NCBI GenBank assembly: GCA_964429315.1
Contig: CAYSBQ010000001.1
Coordinates: 1 to 54,767 of the forward strand
Direction of reading: 5' to 3'
DNA from: an uncultured Desulfobacterales bacterium
GTDB taxonomy: Bacteria > Desulfobacterota > Desulfobacteria > Desulfobacterales > C00003060
DNA: 54,767 bases
The notes below the pieces were generated by a model, which ran no database searches, had not been told where the DNA came from, and saw nothing but the letters and a program-made list of their open reading frames with translations. Below, one piece after another: positions 34,257 through 41,989 of the stretch (the stretch's first letter is position 1; every line of letters begins with the position of its first letter). Made by a program: the position numbers and the translations under genes.

Positions 34257-35387
34257 GTGGGCGCAAAGGGGCAGACGGGACAAAGCAGATTCGCTCTGAC
34301 ATCATCCGCGCAAGGCGCGGTGGTTACTCGGCCGACGACTGGGCAGATTCGGAATGCTCAACGGGCTGAGGTTTCTCGTTTTAACGATCCGAGGGTAGCC
34401 CTTCCGAATCCAACGGCGGATGCACCTTTCGATCGGACCAGGCCGCAGCCGTACGAATCGAAGGTCAAGGGCCTTGGTCTGGCGCCGAATGTACCACGTC
34501 ATTTCTGGCAGCTCATAAAAGGTGACGCTGGAGCCGGAAGTTCTATCTTTCGGCGGATCAGCCTTTTTCAGCAGCTCGCTGTTTCGGGCGCTCGAGTTGC
34601 TTCGACTCCTTATAGCAAGGCGATCCAAGTCGCTACGATGAGGTCGACAGATCAACGACCGCGCTATTTCCAGGTCAGCCTGTTTTCGACCGGTCGAGTT
34701 ATCGAGACGGATGTACCGATTGGTCCAGTTCCGGATGATGAGATTCTAAGATTCTCTCCGGGTGTACCCCAAAGCTTTGTTCCTCTCGCGGGATTCGATG
34801 TAGCTCGAGCTGTCCCTCTTGTTTCGACGACGAAGTTCCGGATTATGGTTCATGACGAATCCGGACAGAGATTCTTCGACGTCGATGTTGTTGGAACGAG
34901 GAGTCTGAACCTTTATGCGTGGGGTGTAACTGTTTTCGCCCTCATAAAGGAAGAGGGCTACGAGATCGATCGACAAGGCGCCGATCAAGAGCAGTTCAAT
35001 GGAATGCTCGACCAGGCCATTGCCGGCGCGCGAATCATTCCTATTCGTTCAAACTTCACGCAAAACGTGAATCAGAGAACGGTATCGATTTTTATTCCGG
35101 CGGAGATTGCGATCTCCATTGTCCCGATCCCCCCTGGCGCGAAGACTGTACAGGCGTTTTGCGCTGATGGGTCCGCAGGATTCGCTAGGTTCTCCGTTTT
35201 ATTTGTAGACATTGACCCAATCAACAGCGGCGTCTCCGGCGCTATCGGGACGCTGGGGGTGATCGATCCTGAGCCAGGCACCGGGACATCTGAGATTTAT
35301 AGGATCCCCGACTCGAATGCGATATTCTTGGTTCGACTCGGAGTAGACCCAGCTATCTTCACGTTCGTGTTCGAGGAGACGCCATGA
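34257..35387 (+). CDS. Capsid-candidate paralogue 1 (376 aa, GTG start)
   Basis: Homologous over its full length to the next two genes. Shared blocks: FNDPRV.LPNP...PFDRT.P, GDAGAG.S.(F/Y)RR, R(Y/F)(F/W).(V/I)S, (I/V)MV(H/F)DESGQRF(F/Y)DVDV.G.RS...YAWGV, GAR(I/V).PI, NRT(V/I), (V/I)PIPPGA..VQ and a C-terminal F(V/I)FE. GGAGA lies 7 nt upstream of the GTG. Confidence 0.75.
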   Translation: MGAKGQTGQSRFALTSSAQGAVVTRPTTGQIRNAQRAEVSRFNDPRVALPNPTADAPFDRTRPQPYESKVKGLGLAPNVPRHFWQLIKGDAGAGSSIFRRISLFQQLAVSGARVASTPYSKAIQVATMRSTDQRPRYFQVSLFSTGRVIETDVPIGPVPDDEILRFSPGVPQSFVPLAGFDVARAVPLVSTTKFRIMVHDESGQRFFDVDVVGTRSLNLYAWGVTVFALIKEEGYEIDRQGADQEQFNGMLDQAIAGARIIPIRSNFTQNVNQRTVSIFIPAEIAISIVPIPPGAKTVQAFCADGSAGFARFSVLFVDIDPINSGVSGAIGTLGVIDPEPGTGTSEIYRIPDSNAIFLVRLGVDPAIFTFVFEETP

Positions 35388-36463
35388 CCAGAAAAAGAAT
35401 CGGTACTGGCGATATAAGGGATATGCAGCGTGCGGATGTTCAGCGCTTCAATCGCAACGGCGTCTACCTTCCAAATCCAACAACGTCGCCAACGCTAGAT
35501 CGCCATAAGCCGATACCAAGCGACGAAAAAGCTCGAGCGTTTGGACTTGAGCCGGTTTCTCCGAAGCGTCTGTTCGATCTACCTGCCGGAGACGCTGGCG
35601 CGGGTCAATCTGTCTATCGTCGCATCCATGCTTTTTATGGGCAAGGGATAACCCAGGCCGCGCGGACGAACTACACAAAGGCGCTGGCGATCATCACAAA
35701 CAGGTCTTCGACCCAAACTGCGAGATACTTCCACGTATCGATCTACGGATTCGGAGTACGAAGAACTGGGAACGGCGTCGTACCATTCAATCCTCTGAGT
35801 ATTGCGGAAGCGCAAGATCGTCAATTTGAACAGATCTACCTAGACGACGTCGCTCAGACTCCGATTACGCCAAGATTCGTACCTTCGGTTCTTACCGCTC
35901 AAGCTCGAGTGATGGTCCACGATGAATCTGGCCAAAGGTTCTACGATGTTGACGTTATCGGTAGTAGATCTTTCAGCGTGTACGCCTGGGGCGTATCTGT
36001 ATTCTTACTCGTAAAGCCCGATGGGTACGAGGTAGATGCTCAGAACCCCGAAGGAAGTGAGCCGATACTCTCTGACGTCGGTGTAGAAGACGATGTTGTC
36101 GGCGCCCGTGTGCTTCCGATTTTCACCAACCTTACAGAAAATCAGCAGAACAGGACGATAACAATCACGATAGACCCTGCAGTATCTGTCGCTCGAAGAA
36201 TCATTCCGATTCCGCCAGGCGCGAGACGCGTTCAAATCTTCTCCAATGAGCCCGACCCAGGTGCGGTTCCATGGGAGATGGATTTTTGGACAGGGCGAGC
36301 GGCGCTTGGAACAAGGCCCGATCTTGGAATCATTGACTGGGAGCCCGGCCAAGCGAAGACATCGATGGTGGAAATTCCAAATGCATCCGCCATCGCCATC
36401 CGCCCATTAGATCCAGGAGCCAGGGCAACAGGCTTCTCACTCGTATTTGAGGTCGAACCATGA
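35384..36463 (+). CDS. Capsid-candidate paralogue 2 (359 aa)
   Basis: Shares the same conserved blocks. ATGA overlap with paralogue 1, GAGGAG SD, N-terminus MTRKRIGTG. Confidence 0.8.
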   Translation: MTRKRIGTGDIRDMQRADVQRFNRNGVYLPNPTTSPTLDRHKPIPSDEKARAFGLEPVSPKRLFDLPAGDAGAGQSVYRRIHAFYGQGITQAARTNYTKALAIITNRSSTQTARYFHVSIYGFGVRRTGNGVVPFNPLSIAEAQDRQFEQIYLDDVAQTPITPRFVPSVLTAQARVMVHDESGQRFYDVDVIGSRSFSVYAWGVSVFLLVKPDGYEVDAQNPEGSEPILSDVGVEDDVVGARVLPIFTNLTENQQNRTITITIDPAVSVARRIIPIPPGARRVQIFSNEPDPGAVPWEMDFWTGRAALGTRPDLGIIDWEPGQAKTSMVEIPNASAIAIRPLDPGARATGFSLVFEVEP

Positions 36464-37707
36464 CCAGAAAAAGAAATCTCAAGAACAGGATTCATACGCC
36501 GCCTGATGTTCAGCAGCAGCATGCAGATCACCTGGCCAATATTGCGAACATGCTTTCACAGGAGCAGACCGGCAATCATGGAGTGATGTACCCGAACGGA
36601 AGGCCGAACATCAGTCAGGTGAGGGATCTCGAGCGGGCGATGCAGCAGCCGTTTAACGATCCACGCGTCATGCTGCCCAATCCATCGGCAAGCGCACCTT
36701 TCGATCGCACCGAACCGCTCGACCGTGTTGCAAAGAATGAGGCGTTCGGATTCCAGGTCCAGCCTGATCGGATTATCGATCTACCGCCCGGCGATGCCGG
36801 CGCTGGGCAATCCGTCTATCGTAGAACGCACATCTTCGCGCGTCTCAATGCGTCGACTGCTCCAGATGACCCTGTTGCAGGAAATCCATTCGACAAGGCT
36901 ATCGGAATGGCGACCTACAGGTCGAGCGATTGCCGCCCTCGATTTTGGCATATCTCATTCTTCGGAATCGGTGTTCAGCGAGTCGCTAACAATGTACCGC
37001 TAAGCCCTCTCACAAACAATGAGATCCTCAGTCAGCAACTAGACCCTGTCACCAACAACGTATTGCCTACTGGAAGATTCATTCCTTCAATCTCGCAGAT
37101 GAAGGGGCGAATCATGGTCTTCGATGAGTCGGGGCAGAGGTTCTACGACGTCGACGTTTTAGGTAATCGGAGTCTCGATATCTACGCCTGGGGTGTAACC
37201 GCATTCATTCTTGCGCCTGGAAACAACTATGATGGTCAGCCAGATCAATCCGCCTATGAGGTAAACGCTCAAAATGGAGGAACCCCAATCCCTCAAACAC
37301 AGCTCGAGGGATTGGTTGAAGACTCTTTGATCGGAGTACGCATTGTCCCGATCGTAATTAACAGTACTCAGAATACTGAAAACAGAACGATCACGGTTGT
37401 GACGCCCGGCGGCGCCGATCCAGGGCCAACGAGAGTCCCGATCCCTCCAGGCACCCTGAGGGTTCAGGTTCTATGCCATGACGGAGCGACGGTTGCGGCG
37501 ACATACCGCCTTGAATTCGACGCTGGAGATGACGGCACATTTCTGGGAAGGAGTGATCTTGGTTTGCTCGAGTTCAATACGGGTCAAGCAAGAACTGATC
37601 TAATGCTCGTGCCCAATTGCTCACAGATTATTATAAATCCACCAGTCGCGCCTCCGCTTGTAGGCACTGTTGGATGGTCATTCATCTTTGTCGTGGAGGC
37701 GCAGTAA
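36460..37707 (+). CDS. Capsid-candidate paralogue 3 (415 aa)
   Basis: Shares the same conserved blocks, with a longer N-terminal arm and insertions. ATGA overlap with paralogue 2. N-terminus MTRKRNLKNR. Confidence 0.8.
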   Translation: MTRKRNLKNRIHTPPDVQQQHADHLANIANMLSQEQTGNHGVMYPNGRPNISQVRDLERAMQQPFNDPRVMLPNPSASAPFDRTEPLDRVAKNEAFGFQVQPDRIIDLPPGDAGAGQSVYRRTHIFARLNASTAPDDPVAGNPFDKAIGMATYRSSDCRPRFWHISFFGIGVQRVANNVPLSPLTNNEILSQQLDPVTNNVLPTGRFIPSISQMKGRIMVFDESGQRFYDVDVLGNRSLDIYAWGVTAFILAPGNNYDGQPDQSAYEVNAQNGGTPIPQTQLEGLVEDSLIGVRIVPIVINSTQNTENRTITVVTPGGADPGPTRVPIPPGTLRVQVLCHDGATVAATYRLEFDAGDDGTFLGRSDLGLLEFNTGQARTDLMLVPNCSQIIINPPVAPPLVGTVGWSFIFVVEAQ

Positions 37708-37708
37708 G

Positions 37709-38176
37709 ATGGCAGAATACAAATTTGTCATTCGAACTGAAGACGACAATGTATCTGATGACGAAATGATTCAGCAGGGGCTCGCCGCCATCTGGTCAGC
37801 AATCAAGATAAACATACTTTATTTTAAACGCAATCCAGACGCTGTATGCGCGCTCGCTTGCGGCAAAGTGAAGTACGACTCAAAAAACAAGGACGTTCTA
37901 TCTATGATTGGGGAGATCAGCACGGCGCCGATTCTCATCAAAGATGGAATGGGTCTTTGCATCGACATTGTTGCATTCGATGTAGCGACAAAGCTTTACG
38001 AGGGGCTCGAGGTGTGGCCTCACATTTTTTCGCGTGGAGGAGGTATCTACCATGTTGTGACGCAGGGTTACGATGGAGCCGGTCAGGTGATAGAATACGA
38101 CCCATCCGCAGAACTTGAACAAAGAGGCTTCGCGGTCTCGCATCAGCCTGACAGTTGCCAGGCCTGCCACGTCTAG
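37709..38176 (+). CDS. Transglutaminase-like / papain-fold cysteine protease candidate (155 aa)
   Basis: Trimmed to the ATG 37709, with GGAGG 9 nt upstream. GMGLCIDIVAF (Cys), about 37 aa later GGIYHVVTQ (His), about 17 aa later VIEYDPS (Asp). This reproduces the C-H-D order and spacing of the transglutaminase-core fold. Confidence 0.5.
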   Translation: MAEYKFVIRTEDDNVSDDEMIQQGLAAIWSAIKINILYFKRNPDAVCALACGKVKYDSKNKDVLSMIGEISTAPILIKDGMGLCIDIVAFDVATKLYEGLEVWPHIFSRGGGIYHVVTQGYDGAGQVIEYDPSAELEQRGFAVSHQPDSCQACHV

Positions 38177-38190
38177 AAAGGCAAAAGAAA

Positions 38191-40050
38191 ATGGCATCGA
38201 GAAGAACCCGCTCAAAAAAATCAAAGTCCAATCGAGGTGCTCGTCGCTACGGCGATTGTCGCCCACACGCGCCATGCGCAGAGTCAGAAGGCGGAGCCCG
38301 AAAGTACGGATCTATCGGCCATGTCGTTTCCGGATTTGACCATTATGGCTATCCAATCGTTCGGAACATGAGGCTGCCCAAGCCGTTCTCGATTCAGGAT
38401 GGTCGCAAATATGGCGCTGCCCAAAGCATGATTCAACCGATGCGCCTCGTCGCCGTCGGACCCAATGGGGTTCCGCCAGTGCCTAAGCCGGGGATCGCCA
38501 AGGTCGGAGTGTTCAAGCTCAAGCCTTCACCATCGGTGCCTGGCGCTCCGGATAGCCTCCCGTCTCAATACAAGTTCTGCGTGCAAAAAGGCGAGCACGG
38601 ATATTTTTATCGGTTCCGAAACGCGAAGACCTCTTTGCACGGCGCCGAGGCTGAGGTGCTGGGATGTGAGCCCGACGAGAACGGGATGGCCATCTGCACG
38701 GTCAAGATGCCTGGGAGTGATCGGCCTTATAAGGCTCCGCTTTGCGAGGATGCTGGATCTGACAAAGAGCCCGTCCCCGTCGACTGCTGCGTCAAGCTTC
38801 TTGGTGACGAGTCTGGCCAGATCATCTGCCCGGGATCGTCTTACGACCTGCTTGTCGTGAATGTCGTGACGACCTCACCGGTAGGCGGCGTCTTGGTTGC
38901 ATCCGTTTCTCACCCGGACATCCCAGGCGGCGGTGTCCGTTTGCCGATTTGCGAATCCATCGATGAGACTCCGGAAGATCGCCCTTGTTGTATCGAGGAA
39001 AAGACCGGGCTCATTGTGTGTCCCGAGGGTGTCGACTTCCCGCTGTCCGGTAAAAAGATTCCTCTCGAGTTCCTTGTGTTCGCAACAGAGGCAGACGGAA
39101 GCCGAGTTGCGCGCCTGAAGTGCGGAGACATCATGGCGCTCGACCCGTCTCTGCGCGTATCGGATGCAACGCTCGATTCAATGTGGATGATTTGCGAAGA
39201 GTTGGGTGGATACATCTTCCCAATTTGCGATCGCCGGACGCCTGTGCCTCCGCCAAAAATTCGATTCCCTGACGCGCCTCCTCCACCAAAGGTTCCGGAT
39301 ATCTGTTGCTACGACCCTCAGACCGGAACTCTCGTGTGCGAGGGTACGCAATACCACGGCCTCCCTGTTGAGGTCGTGACTGAATCCACAATCGGCGGTA
39401 AGTTGATCGTTTCCGTTGCGAGCGACAAGCTTCCCGGTGGCGGTGCCCGACTTCCAATTTGCCCGCCACCTGCAGACATTCCTCGATTGCCCCCAGCCGA
39501 TTGCTGCGTCATCGAGTCATCTGCTGGCCTTGTCCTTCTGTGCGACCCGAAAGACCACCCTTGGAACAACAAGGACGTCAGCCAATTTGGGCAATGCATA
39601 GATACTCCAAACGGCCGGATGTGCGTGCTGAAGTGGACGGATGAATACGGAGAGCACTTGCTCGAGGTTCCAGCCTGCCCACCTCCGCCCCCTGCTCGAA
39701 CCCCACCGGGTGGAGAGGTCCCTCCTCCGCCTGCAGTCCGACCCGATCCAGTACCGCGTCTTCCACCACCTTCGCGCCCGCCTGCTGATGCATGCGACAC
39801 GGTTGAGGGTAAGCGGTGTCGAGCGCTTTGGGATGAGATGATCTCCAAGCCTGCGAAGATGACCAAGTGCGATAAGAAGTGGACCGAGCTTCTCAAGAAA
39901 GTTCGTGAGCAACGCACTGGACCTGGGCGTCGAGCAAGCTCGATGGATAACCACAAATCGAAGGCTCGCAAATACGGAATGGGCATCCCACCCGAGAGCC
40001 GAAGGTATGCTCGATTCCCGGGGCTTCGGGGTGGAAGGAATACGATCTAA
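38191..40050 (+). CDS. Cys/Pro-rich modular structural protein (619 aa) with a basic N-terminus
   Basis: Trimmed to the ATG 38191 (MASRRTRSKKSKSNRGARRYG). Four modules open with CC-x(6-8)-G-x-(I/L)-(I/V/L)-C and close with (L/F/V)P(I/A)C, for example CCVKLLGDESGQIIC...GGGVRLPIC and CCYDPQTGTLVC...GGGARLPIC. Also has poly-Pro tracts and four [AG]R[RK]YG motifs. Confidence 0.75.
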   Translation: MASRRTRSKKSKSNRGARRYGDCRPHAPCAESEGGARKYGSIGHVVSGFDHYGYPIVRNMRLPKPFSIQDGRKYGAAQSMIQPMRLVAVGPNGVPPVPKPGIAKVGVFKLKPSPSVPGAPDSLPSQYKFCVQKGEHGYFYRFRNAKTSLHGAEAEVLGCEPDENGMAICTVKMPGSDRPYKAPLCEDAGSDKEPVPVDCCVKLLGDESGQIICPGSSYDLLVVNVVTTSPVGGVLVASVSHPDIPGGGVRLPICESIDETPEDRPCCIEEKTGLIVCPEGVDFPLSGKKIPLEFLVFATEADGSRVARLKCGDIMALDPSLRVSDATLDSMWMICEELGGYIFPICDRRTPVPPPKIRFPDAPPPPKVPDICCYDPQTGTLVCEGTQYHGLPVEVVTESTIGGKLIVSVASDKLPGGGARLPICPPPADIPRLPPADCCVIESSAGLVLLCDPKDHPWNNKDVSQFGQCIDTPNGRMCVLKWTDEYGEHLLEVPACPPPPPARTPPGGEVPPPPAVRPDPVPRLPPPSRPPADACDTVEGKRCRALWDEMISKPAKMTKCDKKWTELLKKVREQRTGPGRRASSMDNHKSKARKYGMGIPPESRRYARFPGLRGGRNTI

Positions 40051-40877
40051 TGACATGGAGAATTAATCGTCGCTATTCGAAGACTGGCGGTCGCGGGTAC
40101 GGAGAGGATTCCGCACCTGCCGCTAGGCCTGAGCCTCCGCGCCCAGTGCCATCCGCCCGTCCACCTGGGAGACCGACTAATCCAGGTCCAACCCAAGGCT
40201 TCATTCCGAACCGTGGGAATACCCAGGGGTTCATTCCGATGCCTGGGCCGACCCTGAAGTTCATTCCCAAGGGTGACAACACTCCGTTCCACCCCCCTGG
40301 CCCAGGTATCGGAATCCGCCCAGGACCACCGCCTGCGCTAGGTCGACCTGGGATTCTCCCTCGGGACCATGGCTCATGGAAGAACGACAGCTGCTTCTCT
40401 CCTGGTAGTCGAGGATGGAAGCCGGACATCATGTCCATCGGTGACGCGCATACGTGCCCAGGCGAGAAGGGTCCGCAAAGCCCTTTTCGTCCACCGAACA
40501 CGAGCGGTGATTCCTATGGCTACAACACAAAGCTGTTCCGTGATGAGGACAGCGTTGGCGAGGCGCTTAATTATATCGGATATAGATCACCCGATGGAAA
40601 TGCGATGCTGCGAGATTTTCAGAGGCACTGGAACGCAGTCATTTCTGCGCTAGCGCTTTCGCCAATGCGTTTCGCAAACATGATGTTCAAGATTCTGCCT
40701 GAGGGCAATCTGCAGGTCGACGGTGATATCGGACCTAATGTCCTCAACGCTCTCGAGGCCGCATCCATCAACCAGAAGTTTTCGAACCTTCGCTGGCCGG
40801 ACATTGTCGAGATCACCACGACTTCCGATAATGGATACGGACGAACGCGACTCTACAACGCTGCTGAGGGAATGTGA
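40050..40877 (+). CDS. Basic-leader protein with a Pro/Gly-rich region and a PG_binding-like C-terminal domain
   Basis: MTWRINRRYSKTGGRGYG, short repeats TQGFIPNRGN/TQGFIPMPGP/TLKFIPKGDN, then PPNTSGDSYGYNTKLF...ALNYIGY...FQRHWN...VDGDIGPNVLNALE. TAATG overlap with the previous gene. Confidence 0.7.
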   Translation: MTWRINRRYSKTGGRGYGEDSAPAARPEPPRPVPSARPPGRPTNPGPTQGFIPNRGNTQGFIPMPGPTLKFIPKGDNTPFHPPGPGIGIRPGPPPALGRPGILPRDHGSWKNDSCFSPGSRGWKPDIMSIGDAHTCPGEKGPQSPFRPPNTSGDSYGYNTKLFRDEDSVGEALNYIGYRSPDGNAMLRDFQRHWNAVISALALSPMRFANMMFKILPEGNLQVDGDIGPNVLNALEAASINQKFSNLRWPDIVEITTTSDNGYGRTRLYNAAEGM

Positions 40878-41476
40878 TGTCGAGCCCACCGAACTTGTCA
40901 AAAGACCCTGATGGGTACAACCGAAAAATGTTCCGCAGCGAGCGAGCGGTGCGACGCGGGTTCATGATGATTGGGTACCCAGTAAACCCAGGGGTACACA
41001 GGGTGCCGAAGGAGACTGTCCTTCAGTTTCAAAAGGACTACAACAAGTGCTCCGATAGATTCGGCCAATGGGGAAAGATTGTAGAGAATAGTTCTCTCGA
41101 TATCCCGAGCCTAAACGCGCTCGAGCACGCCATACGATGGTCGAAGAAGCGTGAGAACAAAGAGGGGATCCCCACAGCTCGGTCCTGGCAATCGCTTTGC
41201 CACGCCGCGCCCGGAGATTCATGCGGCGGAGAGAGGCGAATCATCGCTTCTCGAATTGAGGAGCCTGCGGCATACGAGACGAAATACATCGAGGTAGCCC
41301 CTCAGGGCACCGCAAAACTTCGGGACACCGAGACCGATCTAGCTCTCAGAGCCGAAGTCGTCGGCTTTGAGAGGGACGGCAATGTCGTATTCGCCATTGT
41401 GAAAATCCCACCCCAGGCTGATCTTCCTGGTGGCCGCGAAGCTCCGTTCCGTTGCCCTTGCGTATTGGGACGATAG
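40874..41476 (+). CDS. PG_binding-like domain protein (200 aa), paralogous to the C-terminus of 40050..40877
   Basis: PPNLSKDPDGYNRKMF...GFMMIGY...FQKDYN...IPSLNALEHAIRW aligns with the neighbouring genes. ATGA overlap. Confidence 0.7.
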   Translation: MMSSPPNLSKDPDGYNRKMFRSERAVRRGFMMIGYPVNPGVHRVPKETVLQFQKDYNKCSDRFGQWGKIVENSSLDIPSLNALEHAIRWSKKRENKEGIPTARSWQSLCHAAPGDSCGGERRIIASRIEEPAAYETKYIEVAPQGTAKLRDTETDLALRAEVVGFERDGNVVFAIVKIPPQADLPGGREAPFRCPCVLGR

Positions 41477-41485
41477 GAGATTTAG

Positions 41486-41980
41486 ATGACCAGAAGATAC
41501 GGAAGACACGGCAGAAAGATGAACGGCGGGCGCACCTATGCGGCTCCCCCAGATGGTCGCGCCGCGTTACTTCGTCTTCTCGATCAATTCCATGCGTCCT
41601 ACCTTATCTATCGAGAGGGGCACTGGACCGTAAAGGGAAAAGGTTACTATGGTAATCATCTTCTTTTGGAGAGGGTCTATAGTGAAACCGAGAAGGAGAT
41701 TGACGATCTCGCTGAGATGATCGTTGGATCATTCGGACCGGGCATCATCGGAAGCAGGGACGATAGCTCTTCGAGGTGGGCGGAGGATTTCAGGAATCCA
41801 GTCGACCCAATGAGAGGCGCTCTGAAAGCAGCCCGAGTTGTCCGAGCTAGTATCGATGACTCGTATAGATCCCTCAAGGAGTCCGGAGAGATGACCACTG
41901 GGTGGGATGACTTACTGATGTCGTTGGCCCAGGAGAAAGACAAACATCTGTACCTGCTTCAGCAGGCCACCGCGGAATAG
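41486..41980 (+). CDS. Dps-like (ferritin superfamily) protein with a basic N-terminal leader
   Basis: LLRLLDQFHASYLIYREGHWTVKGKGYYGNHLLLERVYSETEKEIDDLAEMI matches the Dps signature (L..Y.k...HW.V.G..F..LH..fee.Y.e....D.iAErI). It includes both His and the D/E of the ferroxidase site. EKDKHLYLL lies near the C-terminus. The leader is MTRRYGRHGRKMNGGR. Confidence 0.7.
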   Translation: MTRRYGRHGRKMNGGRTYAAPPDGRAALLRLLDQFHASYLIYREGHWTVKGKGYYGNHLLLERVYSETEKEIDDLAEMIVGSFGPGIIGSRDDSSSRWAEDFRNPVDPMRGALKAARVVRASIDDSYRSLKESGEMTTGWDDLLMSLAQEKDKHLYLLQQATAE

Positions 41981-41989
41981 GAAAAGACC

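Noticed and set aside
39318-40056. Minus-strand ORFs 39318..39986 and 39517..40056, plus several short plus-frame ORFs
   Set aside because: These are shadows of the GC/Pro-rich 3' part of the Cys/Pro-rich gene. The repeated CC...PIC modules identify the true frame.
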